Source of the DNA: an uncultured Aestuariivirga sp. | GTDB taxonomy: Bacteria > Pseudomonadota > Alphaproteobacteria > Rhizobiales > Aestuariivirgaceae | Assembly: GCA_964244815.1 (NCBI GenBank) | Contig: CAXTKH010000002.1 | Span: 10,437-74,436, forward strand | Direction of reading: 5' to 3' | Length of the DNA: 64,000 bases | Part shown: positions 61,334 to 64,000 of the stretch, one piece after another | How the letters are laid out: the number at the start of each line of letters is the position of its first letter | Position numbering within the stretch: the first letter of the stretch is position 1 | The notes under the pieces: model-generated | Databases searched by the model: none | What the model was told of the DNA's origin: nothing | The model's input: only the letters and a program-made list of their open reading frames with translations | Program-made: the position numbers and the translations under genes

Positions 61334-63064
61334 TTACATTTCCGAGGCGGGTTGAACGCCAAGGAGCCCGAGACCATTTGCTAGACAATAGCGAATCACC
61401 CTCAGGAAAGCGAGCCGCGTTAATGTTATGTTATCCTGATCTTGCAAAATAAATCTTAATTGCGGCAGTTCTTTGCCCTTATTCCATAAAGAATGAAAAT
61501 CACTAGCTAAGTCATAGAGATAGAACGATATTCTATGTGGTTCATGAGCCATCGCTGCAGCCTCAATTACCCGTGGAAAAGCGGCAATTCTTAATATCAA
61601 AGCCTTTTCAGCTTCATCCATCAACAAACTGAAGTCAATTTGAGCATCGGTCTGTAAACCCGCGGCCTCAGCATTACGCAGCACCGAGCAAATTCGGGCA
61701 TGAGCATACTGCACATAAAACACCGGATTATCCTTCGACTGTTCAGTCACCTTGGCAAAATCAAAATCCAGCGGCGCTTCATTTTTCCGGTATAGCATCA
61801 TGAAGCGCACAACGTCTGGGCCAACCTCTTCGACAACTTCGCGTAAGGTTACGAACTCGCCTGCCCGCTTGGACATGCGTACTGGTTCGCCATTGCGATA
61901 GAGTTTTACGAGTTGGCAAAGCTTGGGATCAACTTGAACAGCACTCCACCCGACCAAAGCAGCAGCAACGGCCTGTAACCGTTTAACATACCCACCATGG
62001 TCTGCACCCAGCACATAAATCAGCTGCTTGAACCCGCGATCAATTTTGTTTTGGCTATACGCAACATCAGATGCAAAATATGTAAAACTGCCATCGGATT
62101 TAAGCAAAGCCCGGTCAACATCATCGCCATAAGCAGTAGACCTGAACAATGTCTGTTCACGGTCTTCCCAATCTTCATTCACCTCACCTTTTGGTGGCAG
62201 CAATCGACCTTCATACACATCACCGGATGCGCGTAGTTTTGCAATTGTCTTGGCAACCGACCCATCTGCCTGCAAAGATTTTTCTGAAAAGAAAACTTCT
62301 TGTTCGATATCAAGCGAAGCCAGATCATCGCGGATCATAACCATCATCATTGAAATGGATTTATCGCGCACCACGGCATGCCAATCGTTTTTACCAAGTA
62401 GAGACTTGCCGTATTCTTTAGCAAGAGCCTCGCCCACTGGTTTCAAATAATCACCCGGGTAAAGCCCTGCTGGAATTTCACCAATCTCTTCGCCCAGTGC
62501 TTCACGGTAACGCAGATATACTGACTCCGCCAATACGTTCACTTGGCCACCAGCATCATTCATATAATATTCTTTGGTCACATCATAACCAGTGAACTTC
62601 AGCAACGAAGCAAGCGCGTCGCCAAACACCGCACCCCGACAATGGCCAACATGCAATGGGCCAGTTGGATTAGCCGAAACATATTCAACATTCACTTTTT
62701 CATGTGCACCAATGTACGACGAACCAAATTGATCAGCGGCATCAAGTGCAGCCTGCAACACGCGCGGCCAAATAGCTTCTTTCAGTTTGATATTGATAAA
62801 GCCCGGCCCAGCCACAGTCACGCTTGCTGTGTCAGGGTCAAGCGCCAACAATGGCACAAGCAAATCTGCAACCGAACGCGGATTCATGCCCGCAGGTTTG
62901 GCCAGTACCATTGCAGCATTAACTGCCACATCACCGTGCGTTGCATCGCGCGGCGGCTCAGTGGTCAGCTTGCTCAAGTCAAGACCAGCAGGCAACTTCC
63001 CATGCTCCACCAAGGTTTCAACTGCACGCGCAACAACACCCTGGAAATGGGCGAAAAGATTCAT
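61334..63064 (-). CDS. argS: Arginine--tRNA ligase
   Basis: HIGH-type [12 protein letters not shown] and a KMSKR-like MSKRAG motif. Confidence 0.96.
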   Translation of the reverse strand: MNLFAHFQGVVARAVETLVEHGKLPAGLDLSKLTTEPPRDATHGDVAVNAAMVLAKPAGMNPRSVADLLVPLLALDPDTASVTVAGPGFINIKLKEAIWPRVLQAALDAADQFGSSYIGAHEKVNVEYVSANPTGPLHVGHCRGAVFGDALASLLKFTGYDVTKEYYMNDAGGQVNVLAESVYLRYREALGEEIGEIPAGLYPGDYLKPVGEALAKEYGKSLLGKNDWHAVVRDKSISMMMVMIRDDLASLDIEQEVFFSEKSLQADGSVAKTIAKLRASGDVYEGRLLPPKGEVNEDWEDREQTLFRSTAYGDDVDRALLKSDGSFTYFASDVAYSQNKIDRGFKQLIYVLGADHGGYVKRLQAVAAALVGWSAVQVDPKLCQLVKLYRNGEPVRMSKRAGEFVTLREVVEEVGPDVVRFMMLYRKNEAPLDFDFAKVTEQSKDNPVFYVQYAHARICSVLRNAEAAGLQTDAQIDFSLLMDEAEKALILRIAAFPRVIEAAAMAHEPHRISFYLYDLASDFHSLWNKGKELPQLRFILQDQDNITLTRLAFLRVIRYCLANGLGLLGVQPASEM

Positions 63065-63104
63065 GATTCTGATATTAACCCGTTAAAACAATTCAGTGCG
63101 CTGA

Positions 63105-64000
63105 CTATCGGAAAAGCGGGTCGAGGTCAAACAAACGCTTGTGTTGATCAAGTGCATAACGATCAGTCATGCCAGCAATAAAATCGCACACCTGCCTTGC
63201 ATAGCGGCTTTGATCTGAAATCGGGTGATCTTCGCGCCAATCAGCTGGCAGAAGTTTTTCGTCATTCATGAAAGCATCAAACAAATCGCGGATCACCCTT
63301 TGGGCCCGCTCCATAATATCCATCACCCGTTCGTGGCGATACATTTTTTGCGTGAGAAAACCTTGCAGCACTCTGTTGTTCTCTCGCATTTGATCGCTGA
63401 ACTGTATCAGAGGTTTGCCAAGTTCGCGCACTGCGTCACTCGATTTAACATGAGACTTGGCAATATTCTTTTGCCCCTCGCCCAAAACATCCGCCACCAT
63501 TGCTGATATCAAGCGCCGCACTGTTTCGTGAATAACACGATTTGAATCAAGATTGGGATAAGCCGCAAGAACCTCACCAAGCGCCTGCCCCACCAAAGGA
63601 ATATCACCCAGATCAATTATGTTGAATAGCTTTGCCCGCAAGCCATCATCAAGATCATGCGCGTTGTATGCGATGTCATCTGAAACCGCCGCCACTTGCG
63701 CTTCGGCTGATGCAAAGCTCGACAGTTTTAAATCATGTACTTCCGCATATTCAATAATAGCAGCAGGCAAACCTGTCTCTGAATAATGGCCCATTGCATG
63801 GCCTTCGCCATCGATCAGCGGCCCGTTGTGTTTAACCAAACCTTCAAGAGTTTCCCAAGTGAGATTAAGACCATCAAACTCGGCGTAACGGCGCTCCAGC
63901 TTGGTAACAATGCGCAAAGTCTGCGCATTATGGTCAAACCCGCCGTAAGCTTTCATCAAATTATCCAGCTCGCGCTCTCCAGCGTGGCCAAAAGGCGTGT
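63105..64000 (-). CDS. dgt: dGTPase-like deoxyguanosinetriphosphate triphosphohydrolase, C-terminal part; the 5' end lies outside the window
   Basis: The frame stays open to the window edge (..HTPFGHAGERELDNLMKAYGGFDHNAQ), which is the HD-domain dGTPase family. Confidence 0.9.
   Translation of the reverse strand, partial: TPFGHAGERELDNLMKAYGGFDHNAQTLRIVTKLERRYAEFDGLNLTWETLEGLVKHNGPLIDGEGHAMGHYSETGLPAAIIEYAEVHDLKLSSFASAEAQVAAVSDDIAYNAHDLDDGLRAKLFNIIDLGDIPLVGQALGEVLAAYPNLDSNRVIHETVRRLISAMVADVLGEGQKNIAKSHVKSSDAVRELGKPLIQFSDQMRENNRVLQGFLTQKMYRHERVMDIMERAQRVIRDLFDAFMNDEKLLPADWREDHPISDQSRYARQVCDFIAGMTDRYALDQHKRLFDLDPLFR

Noticed and set aside
59206-61452. Numerous 60-200-aa ORFs on both strands overlapping the SPOR protein gene (for example 60308-60919 minus, 59628-60083 plus, 60967-61452 plus).
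   Set aside because: They are compositional artefacts of the Pro/Ala-rich coding region. The frame ending in a bona fide SPOR domain explains the locus.

Overview
The window is a chromosomal core segment of an alphaproteobacterium, about 50% G+C by eye. Gene order is typical of Hyphomicrobiales/Rhizobiales: rlpA, eno, pdhA-pdhB(with lipoyl domain)-pdhC-lpdA-lipA, ispDF, dusB-ntrBC-ntrYX-hfq-hflX-mazG, then MBL/tatD/metG/holB/tmk/dac/ung. These are followed by a sulfite-assimilation cluster (cysG-like, DUF2849, cysI, DUF934, cysH, tauE), metZ, a dimethylglycine/sarcosine dehydrogenase-like gene, prx, gatCA, and scpAB-nagZ-SPOR-argS-dgt. I found no rRNA, tRNA, CRISPR array, transposase, integrase or recognisable defence system.

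The non-core content is concentrated in five places:
1. A dispersed 23-nt hairpin repeat (gtctctccc-N5-gggagagac) occurs twice, in frame, inside the lipoyl-domain linkers of both pdhB and pdhC. Related hairpins fill the pdhB-downstream spacer.
2. A low-GC ORFan is wedged tightly between pdhA and pdhB, and a His-rich small ORF lies between pdhB and pdhC.
3. A small island lies between hflX and mazG. It holds a candidate leader or small ORF, an orphan Tat-type lipoprotein, a frameshifted divergent copy of the mazG 3' end, and a low-GC acyltransferase-3 gene.
4. A 1196-aa signal-peptide protein has five tandem ~118-122 aa Cys-pair repeats and appears to end inside its last domain, next to a perfect AT-rich palindrome.
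5. A GC-rich, highly structured ~180-nt intergenic segment (55756-55934) is an unassigned ncRNA candidate.

I did not find a clear multi-gene novel system. The findings are ranked with that in mind.
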